Under the pieces are notes generated by a model. It did no database searches, was not told where the DNA came from, and was given only the letters and a program-made list of their open reading frames with translations. A DNA stretch of 33,825 nucleotides, from positions 1 through 33,825 of the forward strand of contig JAIBBR010000051.1 of the NCBI GenBank assembly GCA_019694575.1, written 5' to 3'. Positions 15,500-23,029 of this stretch are shown piece after piece. Source of the stretch: Myxococcaceae bacterium (GTDB lineage: Bacteria > Myxococcota > Myxococcia > Myxococcales > Myxococcaceae). The position numbers and the translations under genes are program-made. Numbering within the stretch: position 1 is the stretch's first letter; each line of letters opens with the position of its first letter.

Positions 15500-16135
15500 A
15501 TGACGAATTTTGACCCACCTTTCAGCGCGCCCCACTTGAGACTGGTGGAGTCTGCCGCCCCGAGCGACGCGGCGTTGTGTGTGGCGCATTTGCAAGGTGA
15601 CCCAAAGGCCTTTGGCGAATTGGTCGCTCGTCACCAAGAAGCGCTCTACAAACTGCTGCGCCGTTACGCGCGCAACGACGAAGAAGCGCTCGAGCTCGCC
15701 CAGCGGGCTTTGGTGAAGGCCTTTGAAGCTGCTTCACGGGCGTTGCCCAAGCTGGTGCGCAAAGGCCAGGCTGAAACGTTTTCATTTCGGGCGTGGTTGT
15801 TTCGCATCGCCATCAACTTGAAGAAGAACCAAGTGCGTGACGCGCGGCGCTGGGCGATGGCCCCGCTCGAAGCCATTGACAGCCACCACACCACCGAAGA
15901 CGCGGGCGTGGCGTTCGAACAGGCCGAACGTGAAAAGTTGATGCGCACCGCGGTGATGTCGCTCTCACCCCGGCAACGCGACGTGTTTGCCCTGCGCATC
16001 GACGGTGGTTTGAGCTTCGCAGAAGTCGGCGAGGCGCTCGGTATCAACGAAGCGAATGCCAAAACCCATTTTCACTACGCCGTGGCGCGCTTGCGCAAAG
16101 AAGTTCAGGCGTTGAACCAAGGAGACCTTCGATGA
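15500..16135 (+). CDS. ECF-family RNA polymerase sigma factor
   Basis: Sigma-70 region 2 (EALYKLLRRYARNDEEALELAQRALVKAF, FRAWLFRIAIN) and region 4 (LSPRQRDVFALRIDGGLSFAEVGEALGINEANAKTHFHYAVARLR). GTG at 15497 is immediately followed by the ATG at 15500. Confidence 0.85.
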   Translation: MTNFDPPFSAPHLRLVESAAPSDAALCVAHLQGDPKAFGELVARHQEALYKLLRRYARNDEEALELAQRALVKAFEAASRALPKLVRKGQAETFSFRAWLFRIAINLKKNQVRDARRWAMAPLEAIDSHHTTEDAGVAFEQAEREKLMRTAVMSLSPRQRDVFALRIDGGLSFAEVGEALGINEANAKTHFHYAVARLRKEVQALNQGDLR

Positions 16136-16584
16136 GCTGCGAAACGGTGCAGGCCCTGTTGCTCGAAATGCCTGCCGAATTGCCTGACGACACGCAGGCC
16201 CACTTGAGAGGCTGCGCCGATTGCGCGGCGCTGGCGAAAGAAATGTCGCTGATACGTGGTTTGACCGCGATGCCCAAGCCCAGCGCTGCGGTGCGGGGCA
16301 GACTTTCGGGCATGGAGCAGGCCGTTCGTCTTACTCTCGACGAGAAAGAGCGGCGGGCGTCGACGTGGCGGCGCGGCGCGTCGTTGGCGGTGGCCGCGGG
16401 CTTAGGGGCGTTGGTCACCGGGTTGGCGCTCTCGAATACACGGCCGCGGTCGGTGACGGTGAGCGCTGCTGGCGAGAGTGGCTTTGAAGCACCCTTCAGC
16501 GCTGACGACGGGGTGGGCCCCAGCAGCGATGAAGAGTTGTTTGACGAAGTATTGTGGCCGACGAGTGACGAAGGAGACTTGTGA
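16132..16584 (+). CDS. anti-sigma factor, ZAS-like (HxxxCxxC) with a single TM
   Basis: Overlaps the sigma gene stop (ATGA). AHLRGCADCAAL is the ZAS zinc motif. TM segment LAVAAGLGALVTGLAL. The position is typical for a cognate anti-sigma. Confidence 0.7.
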   Translation: MSCETVQALLLEMPAELPDDTQAHLRGCADCAALAKEMSLIRGLTAMPKPSAAVRGRLSGMEQAVRLTLDEKERRASTWRRGASLAVAAGLGALVTGLALSNTRPRSVTVSAAGESGFEAPFSADDGVGPSSDEELFDEVLWPTSDEGDL

Positions 16585-17123
16585 TGAGAAAGACAATTTT
16601 GGCAGTGACTTTGGCGTTGGCGTGCGTGGCTCAAGCGGCACCCCCTTGGGGCGCGGCAAAGGGGCAAATCACCCGCGAAGAGCGAGACGAAGAAAGGGGT
16701 GAACGCCGCGAAGAAATGGCCAAGCGCATGCGCATGATGATGGTGGTGGGTTTGGCCGAGACCTTGGGCTTGAACGAGAGCGAAGCGCTGCGGCTTTCTG
16801 ACAAGTTGAAGGGGCTCGACGAAAAACGCGCTCCGGTGCGGGCGCAAATGCACGAAGCGATGAAGACCTTGAAGGCGGCGGCCGACGGTGACGCGGCAGC
16901 GCAGAGCCAGGTCGACGCGGCGGTGCAGCGCATTCTCGAAGGGCGGCAGCAAATGGCGGTGCTCGACAAAGAGATGTTTCAGGTGCTGTCGAAAGACTTG
17001 TCACCTCAGAAGCGGGCCCAATTGGCGCTCTTTTTGGGCAGGTTTCAGCACGAGGCGATGAAAATGAAAGGTCGCCACGGGGGTGAGGGTGGCAAGCGCT
17101 TCATGGAGCTTCGCGGCCCTTAA
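16584..17123 (+). CDS. periplasmic CpxP/Spy-like (LTXXQ-motif) protein
   Basis: Signal peptide MRKTILAVTLALACVAQA. It is helical and charged, with LTXXQ-like motifs (LSPQKRAQLALF, LRLSDKLKGLDEKR). Start overlaps the anti-sigma stop (GTGATGA). Confidence 0.6.
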   Translation: MRKTILAVTLALACVAQAAPPWGAAKGQITREERDEERGERREEMAKRMRMMMVVGLAETLGLNESEALRLSDKLKGLDEKRAPVRAQMHEAMKTLKAAADGDAAAQSQVDAAVQRILEGRQQMAVLDKEMFQVLSKDLSPQKRAQLALFLGRFQHEAMKMKGRHGGEGGKRFMELRGP

Positions 17124-17157
17124 GAGCACTCTCCAGGCGACGCGGCCTTGCTGATCT

Positions 17158-17193
17158 AAAATGCCCGGCACGATGTGTCGGGCATTTTTTTTA
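17158..17193 (+). terminator. strong rho-independent terminator after the ECF operon
   Basis: ATGCCCGGCAC-GAT-GTGTCGGGCAT (11-bp stem with one G.U) followed by T8. It lies 35 nt after the stop at 17123. Confidence 0.8.
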
Positions 17194-19392
17194 GCGCTGC
17201 CGTTTCTTGCGTGGGGCTGCTCTCTGCGCAGCTCGACGTGCGGTGAAGAGAACGACTTGTGCTGCGAGGGCGCCACCTGCGCGAGCGAATTGCAATGCCG
17301 CAGCGGCGTGTGTTTGCCCAAGCTCGTCTGTGAAACTGACTGCACGTCAGGGCAACAACGCTGCACCGCAACGGGCGGTATCGAGCTGTGCATTCAACCC
17401 CCTGACGCCTGCCCCACCTGGCAAAGCGTGGTGGCGCAATGCCCAGGCACGCAGCGTTGCCGGCCGCTGGCTGACAACACCCAGGCCGAATGCGCCGACG
17501 CTTGCCCCTCGGGTTGTGCCCTCGAGTCGATTGTGTGCACCTCGGGTGGCCCCCAGGTGTGCCAGACCGACCCGGTGAGTGGCTGCCCGGTCTTCGTGAC
17601 GTTGCAAGAAAACCCAGACGCCCCGCTGTGCGTCAAAGGCGCTTGTTCCGATGAGGTGTGTTGGGAAAACCCGGTGCCCACGGGTGCGACGTGGGTCTCT
17701 GCGGCAGGCTGGGCCACTGACCAGTTCATGGCGGTCGACGCGTTGGGTAACTTGCTGCGCAACACGAGCGGCGCGTGGAGCTATGCCGTGCAGAACGGAG
17801 CCATTGCTGCGGTCGCCGTCTGCGATGTGCCCGGGCGGTACGTAGCGGTGGGCCGTCAAGGCGCGCTGTATGCAGGCTCGAATTTCACTTGGACCAAAAA
17901 TGCAGCGCCCTTGCCAGACGCTGCATTTAATGGTGCTGCTTGTACCAGCAACTTGGTCGCCATCGCCGTCGGGCGCAGCGGCGTGGTGGCGGTACGCAAC
18001 ACGTTGGGTAACTGGCTGAACGTAGCCAGCGGCACTTCAGCCAACTTATTGGCGGTGTCGGCGCGTCTCGACAACGCAGAGGCCTGGGCGGTCGGGCTCA
18101 ACGGCAACATCGTGCGCTGCACTGACCTCGACAATGTCAATGGCAACATCAACTGCCTGCCCGAAATGTCGGGCACCACCGCCGACTTGTATTCAGTGTG
18201 GGCTGACCCAGCAGATGCTCGGGTTTTTGCTGTCGGAGCAGGTGGCTTGGTTTTGGAGCGCACCCCGACGGGGTGGGTACAAGTGGCCCAGGGGACAACG
18301 TTTCAAACGCTCTACCAGGTGACAGGGGTGATGCAGGGCTTGGTCATGGCGGTGGGCGGTGATGGCACCGTGCTCACGTTGTCTGAAGGTGAGTGGCACC
18401 CGCAAAGGGTCTTTCCCCCCACGCGGTGGAGTGCAGCGTTCTTCGGCACTCACCATGAACCGGTTTTGTTGGGCGACGACGGCTATGTGGCGGTCGGCCT
18501 CGCCCCCGCGCCGTGGAAACAAATGGGGGGCCGGTCAGTCACGTACGAAAGTCTCAAGGGGGTGCATGGCACCTCGACGAGCGATGTTTATGCTGTTGGT
18601 ACGAATGGGCTCTTGTTGCACCGGGCGGGAGACGTTTGGCGCCCCGAAGCCGTAGGCCGTTACAACCACACTTTTAAGGCGGTACGGGCGGTGAGCGCCA
18701 ATGAAGTGTACGCGGTAGGCAGCAATGACGACTTGATGGCTCCCCAAGGCATCGTCACCGCACGCCGGGCGGGGCGGTGGGCCACTGAAGCGCTCCAAAT
18801 TGCCTTACAACCGCTCAATGGTGTCACCGACGACGGCGTCAACGTGGTGGCGGTAGGCATCGAAGGCACCTGGCTTGAAAAACCGTTGGGCGCTGGGGGC
18901 GACGCGTGGGCGAAGGTAGCGCACCAACAAGGCGCGGTGCCGTTGAACGCGGTGGCCGCTAGGCCCATGGGGGCCACCGGGTCATCAGAGGTCGTGGCGG
19001 TGGGCGACCACTGCACGGTGCTGAGAAAAGTCGGTGGTGTTTTCAGCAAAGAAGTCGTGCCTGGCTGCGATGGCAATCTGTCGGCGGTGTGGGTCGGCAG
19101 CGATGGCGACACCTTCGTCGGTGGTACCGAAGGGCAGGTTTTTCACCGCACAGGGCAGGGTTGGGAGCGGGAATTTCCCGGGTGTTTCATTGAATCGGTG
19201 ACGGCTTTGGCCGGCGCCTCGAGCACGGTGTTTGCGACGTGTGAAAACAACGAGCTGTACCAGCGAAGCAACGGCAGTTGGCGTACCGTGGCCGCACAGT
19301 TGAGCGCCCAGCCTTTATACGGAGTGTGGCTGTCGCCGCAGGGTGAGCTCTTCGTGGTGGGTGGGGGCGGTACGATTTTGCGCCGCCGTTGA
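17173..19392 (+). CDS. secreted protein: N-terminal myxococcus-type Cys-rich repeats plus multi-blade beta-propeller-like repeats
   Basis: The start is either ATG 17173 (in the terminator loop; MCRAFFLALPFLAWGCSL, signal peptide with a lipobox-like AWGC) or ATG 17161. About 150 aa with about 30 Cys (CCEGATCASELQCRSGVC..., CPSGCALESIVC...). Then at least 10 repeats of the type AVG..G.(V/L).R....W.. such as AVGRQGALYAGSNFTW, AVGTNGLLLHRAGDVW and VVGGGGTILRRR. Confidence 0.75.
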   Translation: MCRAFFLALPFLAWGCSLRSSTCGEENDLCCEGATCASELQCRSGVCLPKLVCETDCTSGQQRCTATGGIELCIQPPDACPTWQSVVAQCPGTQRCRPLADNTQAECADACPSGCALESIVCTSGGPQVCQTDPVSGCPVFVTLQENPDAPLCVKGACSDEVCWENPVPTGATWVSAAGWATDQFMAVDALGNLLRNTSGAWSYAVQNGAIAAVAVCDVPGRYVAVGRQGALYAGSNFTWTKNAAPLPDAAFNGAACTSNLVAIAVGRSGVVAVRNTLGNWLNVASGTSANLLAVSARLDNAEAWAVGLNGNIVRCTDLDNVNGNINCLPEMSGTTADLYSVWADPADARVFAVGAGGLVLERTPTGWVQVAQGTTFQTLYQVTGVMQGLVMAVGGDGTVLTLSEGEWHPQRVFPPTRWSAAFFGTHHEPVLLGDDGYVAVGLAPAPWKQMGGRSVTYESLKGVHGTSTSDVYAVGTNGLLLHRAGDVWRPEAVGRYNHTFKAVRAVSANEVYAVGSNDDLMAPQGIVTARRAGRWATEALQIALQPLNGVTDDGVNVVAVGIEGTWLEKPLGAGGDAWAKVAHQQGAVPLNAVAARPMGATGSSEVVAVGDHCTVLRKVGGVFSKEVVPGCDGNLSAVWVGSDGDTFVGGTEGQVFHRTGQGWEREFPGCFIESVTALAGASSTVFATCENNELYQRSNGSWRTVAAQLSAQPLYGVWLSPQGELFVVGGGGTILRRR

Positions 19393-19399
19393 CACGCGT

Positions 19400-20056
19400 C
19401 TACGGCTCTTCAATGGTCACGGTGGGTCCCGACAACACGGGAGCACGCCAGCCCGGGTAATCGATGGCCACGCCCGCCGGCTTCAAGCGAATCGCCGCTT
19501 CCATCACGATGGGCATGGTGGGAGCCGCCGCCTGCGCGAATTGCCCGGCATCATTGAAAGCGTAATAGGTGGCGTTGATTTGGTCGGGGCGCCGTACCTC
19601 GAAGACGACGGCCTGCGAGCCCTGCAACGTGCCCAGCGCCTTGAATTCATTCACGCCCAAGCCGGCCAAGACTTTGTTCGACGGTGAGCCCCACACGAAA
19701 GCATTCGAAACGCCGACGGTGAAGGCCCGGTGTTGTTCTTTGATGTGTCTCTCAATGAAGCGTCGGTTGCTCTGATGTACCGGCGTTTGATTCAGGCTCA
19801 GCACCTTCTTCACCACTTCATCGGGCGTGAGGCCGTCGAAACCTTTTCTGACCGTGACGTCATCTAGCGTGGGGGTGACGCCGGGCCTGCTGTCGATAAG
19901 AACGTCGTATTGCGGTCTGGTGTACAGCGGCGGCTTGGGCGGTTGAACAATGCCCGGCGGCCGATTCAACCTGGGTGGCTTCGCGGGTGGCCGAAGGGCA
20001 TTGGGCTCTTGAGGAAGAACGATACGGCCGGTGGTGAATTTTTGAAAAACAGGCAC
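19400..20056 (-). CDS. hypothetical protein with a Pro-rich N-terminus
   Basis: ORF 19400..20056(-), GTG start per the track and no clear RBS. It is convergent with the previous gene, with a 7-bp gap. No recognisable motifs. Confidence 0.45.
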   Translation of the reverse strand: MPVFQKFTTGRIVLPQEPNALRPPAKPPRLNRPPGIVQPPKPPLYTRPQYDVLIDSRPGVTPTLDDVTVRKGFDGLTPDEVVKKVLSLNQTPVHQSNRRFIERHIKEQHRAFTVGVSNAFVWGSPSNKVLAGLGVNEFKALGTLQGSQAVVFEVRRPDQINATYYAFNDAGQFAQAAAPTMPIVMEAAIRLKPAGVAIDYPGWRAPVLSGPTVTIEEP

Positions 20057-20173
20057 GAGAAGAAGCGTACCGTAGGCGTTTGGGCGGGCTCAAAACCCCA
20101 GGCGTTGGCGATCATCACCAACCGAGACTTGCCCCTGCGCCTGCCCGGCTGTTAATCGCCGTTTCAAAACACC

Positions 20174-20899
20174 ATGCGCGTTTCTGTTTTGGTTCCCGTC
20201 TACAACGAGCTTGCTACCCTGCCCGAGATTCTGCGCCGGCTGGTGGCGACCGATTTTCCCAAAGAGGTCATCTGCATTGATGACGGCTCGACCGACGGCT
20301 CGCGCGAGTTTTTGGAGCGGTTGCAGCAACAAGGTTGGGCTGCGCTGCCTTCTGTGCAGCTGAAAAACGTCAATGAATTGAAGGTGGTGTACCAGCCGCG
20401 CAATGCCGGCAAGGGCGCCGCGCTGCGCCGGGGCATCGACGAAGCGTCGGGCGACATCATCACCATTCAAGACGCCGACTTGGAATATGACCCCCAAGAC
20501 ATTCCCCGCGTGATTCAACCGATTCGCGACGGCGTGGCCGACGTGGTGTTCGGCAGCCGCTTCATCGGCGAGACGCGCCGCGCGCTCTATTTTTGGCACT
20601 CAGTGGTGAACAAGGGCCTCACGTTTCTTTCCAACGCGGCCAGCGGTTTGAATCTCACCGACATGGAGACTTGTTACAAAGCCTTTCGACGCGAAGTGCT
20701 CGCCGACATCACCTTGGAAGAGACGCGCTTCGGCTTCGAGCCCGAAATCACCATCAAGGTGGGCAAAGCCGGCTTGCGCGTTTATGAAGTGCCGGTGCGC
20801 TACTTTGGCCGCACCTACGACGAGGGTAAAAAAATCGGCGTGCGTGACGGCTTTCGCGCGCTGTACGCCATCGCCAAGTACGGCTTGCTCCGCTCGTAA
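20174..20899 (+). CDS. family 2 glycosyltransferase, polyprenyl-phosphate sugar (DPM1-like) transferase type
   Basis: VLVPVYNE, CIDDGSTDGS, IQDADLEYD (DxD). Size and motif spacing are typical of dolichol/undecaprenyl-phosphate mannose or glucose synthases. Confidence 0.85.
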   Translation: MRVSVLVPVYNELATLPEILRRLVATDFPKEVICIDDGSTDGSREFLERLQQQGWAALPSVQLKNVNELKVVYQPRNAGKGAALRRGIDEASGDIITIQDADLEYDPQDIPRVIQPIRDGVADVVFGSRFIGETRRALYFWHSVVNKGLTFLSNAASGLNLTDMETCYKAFRREVLADITLEETRFGFEPEITIKVGKAGLRVYEVPVRYFGRTYDEGKKIGVRDGFRALYAIAKYGLLRS

Positions 20900-20904
20900 C
20901 GGCC

Positions 20905-21516
20905 ATGCGCTCGCGCACGTTGTCGACTCTGCCGGGCCGCTGCCAGCGCTGTTGGATAAGGCAGGAATTTTGCCTGTGCTCCGAACTGCAACCGGTTGCC
21001 AACCGCACTGAAATCGTGCTCCTTCGGCACGAGCGCGAGGCTTACAAATCGACTGGCACCGCGCGCATTGCTTCGCTGGCGCTCGCGCGTTGTCAGGTCA
21101 TCGATTTCGGCGAAGAGTCGGCCAAGGCTGACCAAGCGCTGAGCGCACTGACTGCCGGCGCTTGTGTGTTGTTTCCCAGCGAAGATGCGGCGCTCACACC
21201 GCCTGACATGAAGCGGCTCATCGTGCTCGACGGCACCTGGCGGCAAACGCGCAAAATGACGAAAAAGCTGCCGTGTTTGGCCGGCGTGCCAAAGTGGAAG
21301 CTGCCTGACAAATTGGCGTCGCCGCTGCGGCTGCGCGAAAGCCCCGATGCTTTCGCCCGCTCGACGCTCGAGGCGATTGCCGATGCGCTGGCCGAAATCG
21401 AAGGTGATTCCGTGGCAGAGCCGCTGCGCTCATTGCACGCCTTGATGGTTGAACGGGTGCTCAAGGCCCGTGGGGTTTGGGAGCAAAAACGTCGCGCCTT
21501 CCCCGGGCTGGACTAG
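20905..21516 (+). CDS. DTW domain protein (TapT/TuaA-like tRNA aminocarboxypropyltransferase family)
   Basis: N-terminal CQRCWIRQEFCLC (CxxC...CxC) and VLDGTWRQ (DTW motif). It starts 5 nt after the GT2 stop, so it is probably co-transcribed. Confidence 0.75.
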   Translation: MRSRTLSTLPGRCQRCWIRQEFCLCSELQPVANRTEIVLLRHEREAYKSTGTARIASLALARCQVIDFGEESAKADQALSALTAGACVLFPSEDAALTPPDMKRLIVLDGTWRQTRKMTKKLPCLAGVPKWKLPDKLASPLRLRESPDAFARSTLEAIADALAEIEGDSVAEPLRSLHALMVERVLKARGVWEQKRRAFPGLD

Positions 21517-21543
21517 CGTTGTGCTCCGCAAGGAGCAGCAGGC

Positions 21544-22002
21544 ATGTCTGAAGATTACGACGACCGCGGCTACGAAGACAAAACGTACACTGACGACGCA
21601 GCGCGGTTGGGCGCACGCAAGAGCACGCCCTTGCCATGGGTGTTGTTGGCCATTGCCGCGGTGGCGGCCACGGTGGTGGCGGTGGTGCTCTCGGGCCGGG
21701 TGAGTGACGCGCAGCTGGCCCATGCCCAAGAAATTGAAAAGCGCGTCGCCGCCGAAACGCGGGCCAAGAACAGTGATGAGCGGTTGGCCGGCGCCGAAGC
21801 GCGCGCCACCGAGTTGGAAAGCCAGGTGCAAAAACTCACCGAAGAGCGCGAGGCCCTGCTCAACAAAATGAAGGCCGCCGAGACGAATAAAGCGGCGCCA
21901 GCGAAGGCCGACGTCGCCAAGTCGAAAGCGGCAGCCGCCAAAGCAGCCGCAGCCAAGAAGACGGCCGCGAAGAAGAAGACGTCGAAAACCAAGCGTCGCT
22001 AA
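21544..22002 (+). CDS. bitopic membrane protein with an acidic N-terminus, coiled-coil and a Lys/Ala-rich histone-H1-like tail
   Basis: Strong AAGGAG RBS. TM PLPWVLLAIAAVAATVVAVVL. Heptad-like segment ELESQVQKLTEEREALLNKMK. Tail AAAKAAAAKKTAAKKKTSKTKRR. The stop codon overlaps the stop of the convergent gene at 21999-22002. Confidence 0.6.
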   Translation: MSEDYDDRGYEDKTYTDDAARLGARKSTPLPWVLLAIAAVAATVVAVVLSGRVSDAQLAHAQEIEKRVAAETRAKNSDERLAGAEARATELESQVQKLTEEREALLNKMKAAETNKAAPAKADVAKSKAAAAKAAAAKKTAAKKKTSKTKRR

Positions 22003-23027
22003 AAGCGCCCCGCCAGGCCGAACCCCGCGGGAAAAAGCTCGACCCCCAAGCCGCGCGATTTTGCTGAAGAGGGCGCGTCAGTTTCGGTGGGCTCGTCGTC
22101 ATATGAAAACGCTGGCGCCGAATTCGCGGCGTTCGACCATTCAGTCGCCACTGAGGGCCCGGCGAGCATCAACGTCACACCCACACCCAGCAGCGGGTAG
22201 AGCATTTCGCCGCCGGCGGTCGGGGCCGACGAGGGCGGAGCCAAATAGAGCAAAGCGCCCATTAAGGCACCCGCGGCCACCCCGCCGACCGTGCCGAGCG
22301 CCATGGCCCACCACGAGGCTTTGCCCTTCATTGCGCGGTGCACGAGAAAGCCAATCGCGGCCGCACCCGATACCGAAATGGTTGAAAGGCCCACCGCGGT
22401 GCCGAGTTGTGCAGGCCCGTAAGGCACCATGGTGGTGACGAGCGCAGTGATGGCGCCAAAGCCGGCGAGCGGCAACCAGAAGGCCAGGCCGGTCAGCCAT
22501 GCCCGGCCAGCAGACCAAGGCACGGCGCCAGCGCGTAACGCTTGGTCGCGCCAGTCGAGCCCCAGCGCGCTGCCGACGCTGGTGAGGCCCAGCAGCAGAC
22601 CGGCGCCGGCCACGGGCATGCGCTGGAGCCACGGCTCGTGCGTCGCGGCGGTGACGATGCTGAGCAACACCAGCCCGGTAGCGAACCCCGCTGCGCCGCC
22701 GAGGTACGAAAAGCCCGCCCCGGCTCGGCCGCCCATGAGGGTAAAGGGTATGGCCGCGCCGGCGGTGAAGGCGCTCACCCCAGCCAGCGTTCCCAACGCT
22801 TGGGGCAATTCGTTCGCGCAACGAAAACCGAAGCAGCTTACCGCTGGCGGTGCCGCCGCATAACCGATGGCGATGGGGCCGGCGAGCAAAGTGGCTCCGC
22901 CCAAGAACGCGCTCACGAAACGCTCGGTGCGGCGGTTGTCTTCGAATTCGAAATCGTCAACCAGACTGGGCGGCGCGGCCTGCGCCAGCGTGCTCAGAAG
23001 GAGAACGGCAAGACAGGTCATTTTCAT
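21999..23027 (-). CDS. Gly/Ala-rich membrane protein, paralog B of a tandem pair (unknown family)
   Basis: ATG at 23025-23027 with GGGGAG 8 nt upstream; the track ORF extends further upstream without support. Signal peptide MKMTCLAVLLLSTLAQAAPP. It shares with paralog A the motifs FLGGA, GAVPWSAGR, VHRAM(K/G)GK..WW, (L/T)EWS.A.NS and the C-terminal FPAG(F/L)G..GRF. Confidence 0.65.
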   Translation of the reverse strand: MKMTCLAVLLLSTLAQAAPPSLVDDFEFEDNRRTERFVSAFLGGATLLAGPIAIGYAAAPPAVSCFGFRCANELPQALGTLAGVSAFTAGAAIPFTLMGGRAGAGFSYLGGAAGFATGLVLLSIVTAATHEPWLQRMPVAGAGLLLGLTSVGSALGLDWRDQALRAGAVPWSAGRAWLTGLAFWLPLAGFGAITALVTTMVPYGPAQLGTAVGLSTISVSGAAAIGFLVHRAMKGKASWWAMALGTVGGVAAGALMGALLYLAPPSSAPTAGGEMLYPLLGVGVTLMLAGPSVATEWSNAANSAPAFSYDDEPTETDAPSSAKSRGLGVELFPAGFGLAGRF

Positions 23028-23029
23028 GG

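Noticed and set aside
17161-17172. ATG 17161 as start of the Cys-rich propeller protein
   Set aside because: It is possible but lies at the 5' base of the terminator stem with no RBS. ATG 17173 gives a more conventional signal peptide. Kept as an alternative; the choice does not alter the call.
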